Positions 63,419 to 64,000 of a DNA stretch of 64,000 bases are shown here, piece after piece. The stretch's first letter is position 1. Each line of letters begins with the position of its first letter. Origin of the DNA: Balanoglossus misakiensis (taxonomy: Eukaryota; Animalia; Hemichordata); contig CM082581.2 of assembly GCA_040954595.2 (NCBI GenBank), forward strand, positions 11,530,286 to 11,594,285, read 5' to 3'. The notes beneath the pieces are model-generated. The model searched no databases. It was given only the letters and a program-made list of their open reading frames with translations, and was not told the origin of the DNA. Made by a program: the position numbers and the translations under genes.

Positions 63419-64000
63419 TATGTATATGTGTATGTATGCATGTTTCTACACACACTGTATACACGTACATACACACGTCACCAAACAACAAACAAACTGT
63501 ACGTCCTCTGGTATTCACTTAAATCCTGCAACATGTATCTTTTAAATATGGTTAAATTCAGCTTTCTAAGAAATCAAAACTTGAGAAATTGTCGTGTAGA
63601 TAAATATCTTCTCACGTTAAATTAGTGAAGGTTTGTTGACCTGTAATGTACTCAGGGTGTACTCAGTGTGGGGTGGGTCTTTAAATTCTTCTATAGTATT
63701 TCACACTGTCATGTCAAAATTCACTTTACAAAGAATACTTTCCAGTAGCAATGTGCTGCAAATATTTCTTCGCAATATTCTTCTGTTTATGGATTTTGTT
63801 ATTTAAACCAAATTCAACAAAACAAACAACCAACCAAGAAAATGGCATTTTCTTCCTGTTTATTGAGATTTTGGCAGAATTCCACCGTGAATTCCAGTAT
63901 TCATGAAGCTTGGGTGGCATCTACATTCATTCTCTTATTGGAACAATGGTCATACTAACAAGTCAATTGTAGGCTATTCATAAACTTGGTGGGATACGAA

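Noticed and set aside
1-64000. Prokaryotic systems (CRISPR array, operons, defence islands)
   Set aside because: The sequence consists of spliceosomal intron-containing animal genes. No regularly spaced repeat-spacer array was seen.
1-64000. tRNA, rRNA or snoRNA genes
   Set aside because: None were recognised by eye. A covariance-model scan would be needed to exclude them.

Overview
This is AT-rich, intron-dense animal genomic DNA. It is most likely an invertebrate deuterostome such as a hemichordate, inferred from the huntingtin N-terminus, a tincar-like gene and vertebrate-like intron positions. It is not prokaryotic, and most listed ORFs are single exons or noise. Gene order: (1) 5' half of huntingtin (HTT, -, runs off the left edge, only two Gln in the polyQ position); (2) a divergent multi-exon coiled-coil gene resembling TSNAXIP1 (+), with a U12-type intron and possible micro-exons; (3) a tincar-like multipass membrane protein (+); (4) FAM204A (-); (5) PDZD7 with a whirlin-like N-terminal harmonin-homology domain (+); (6) UIMC1/RAP80-like (-); (7) TBC1D12/14-like RabGAP (+); (8) LZTS/N4BP3-family gene (+, runs off the right edge). 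Three gene pairs are head-to-head. Non-coding items include several MITE-like palindromes and, in an LZTS intron, an inverted pair of degenerate minimal hammerhead-ribozyme motifs typical of Penelope-like elements. Exon coordinates were read by eye from splice sites and reading frame, and homology calls rest on recalled sequences, not on a search.
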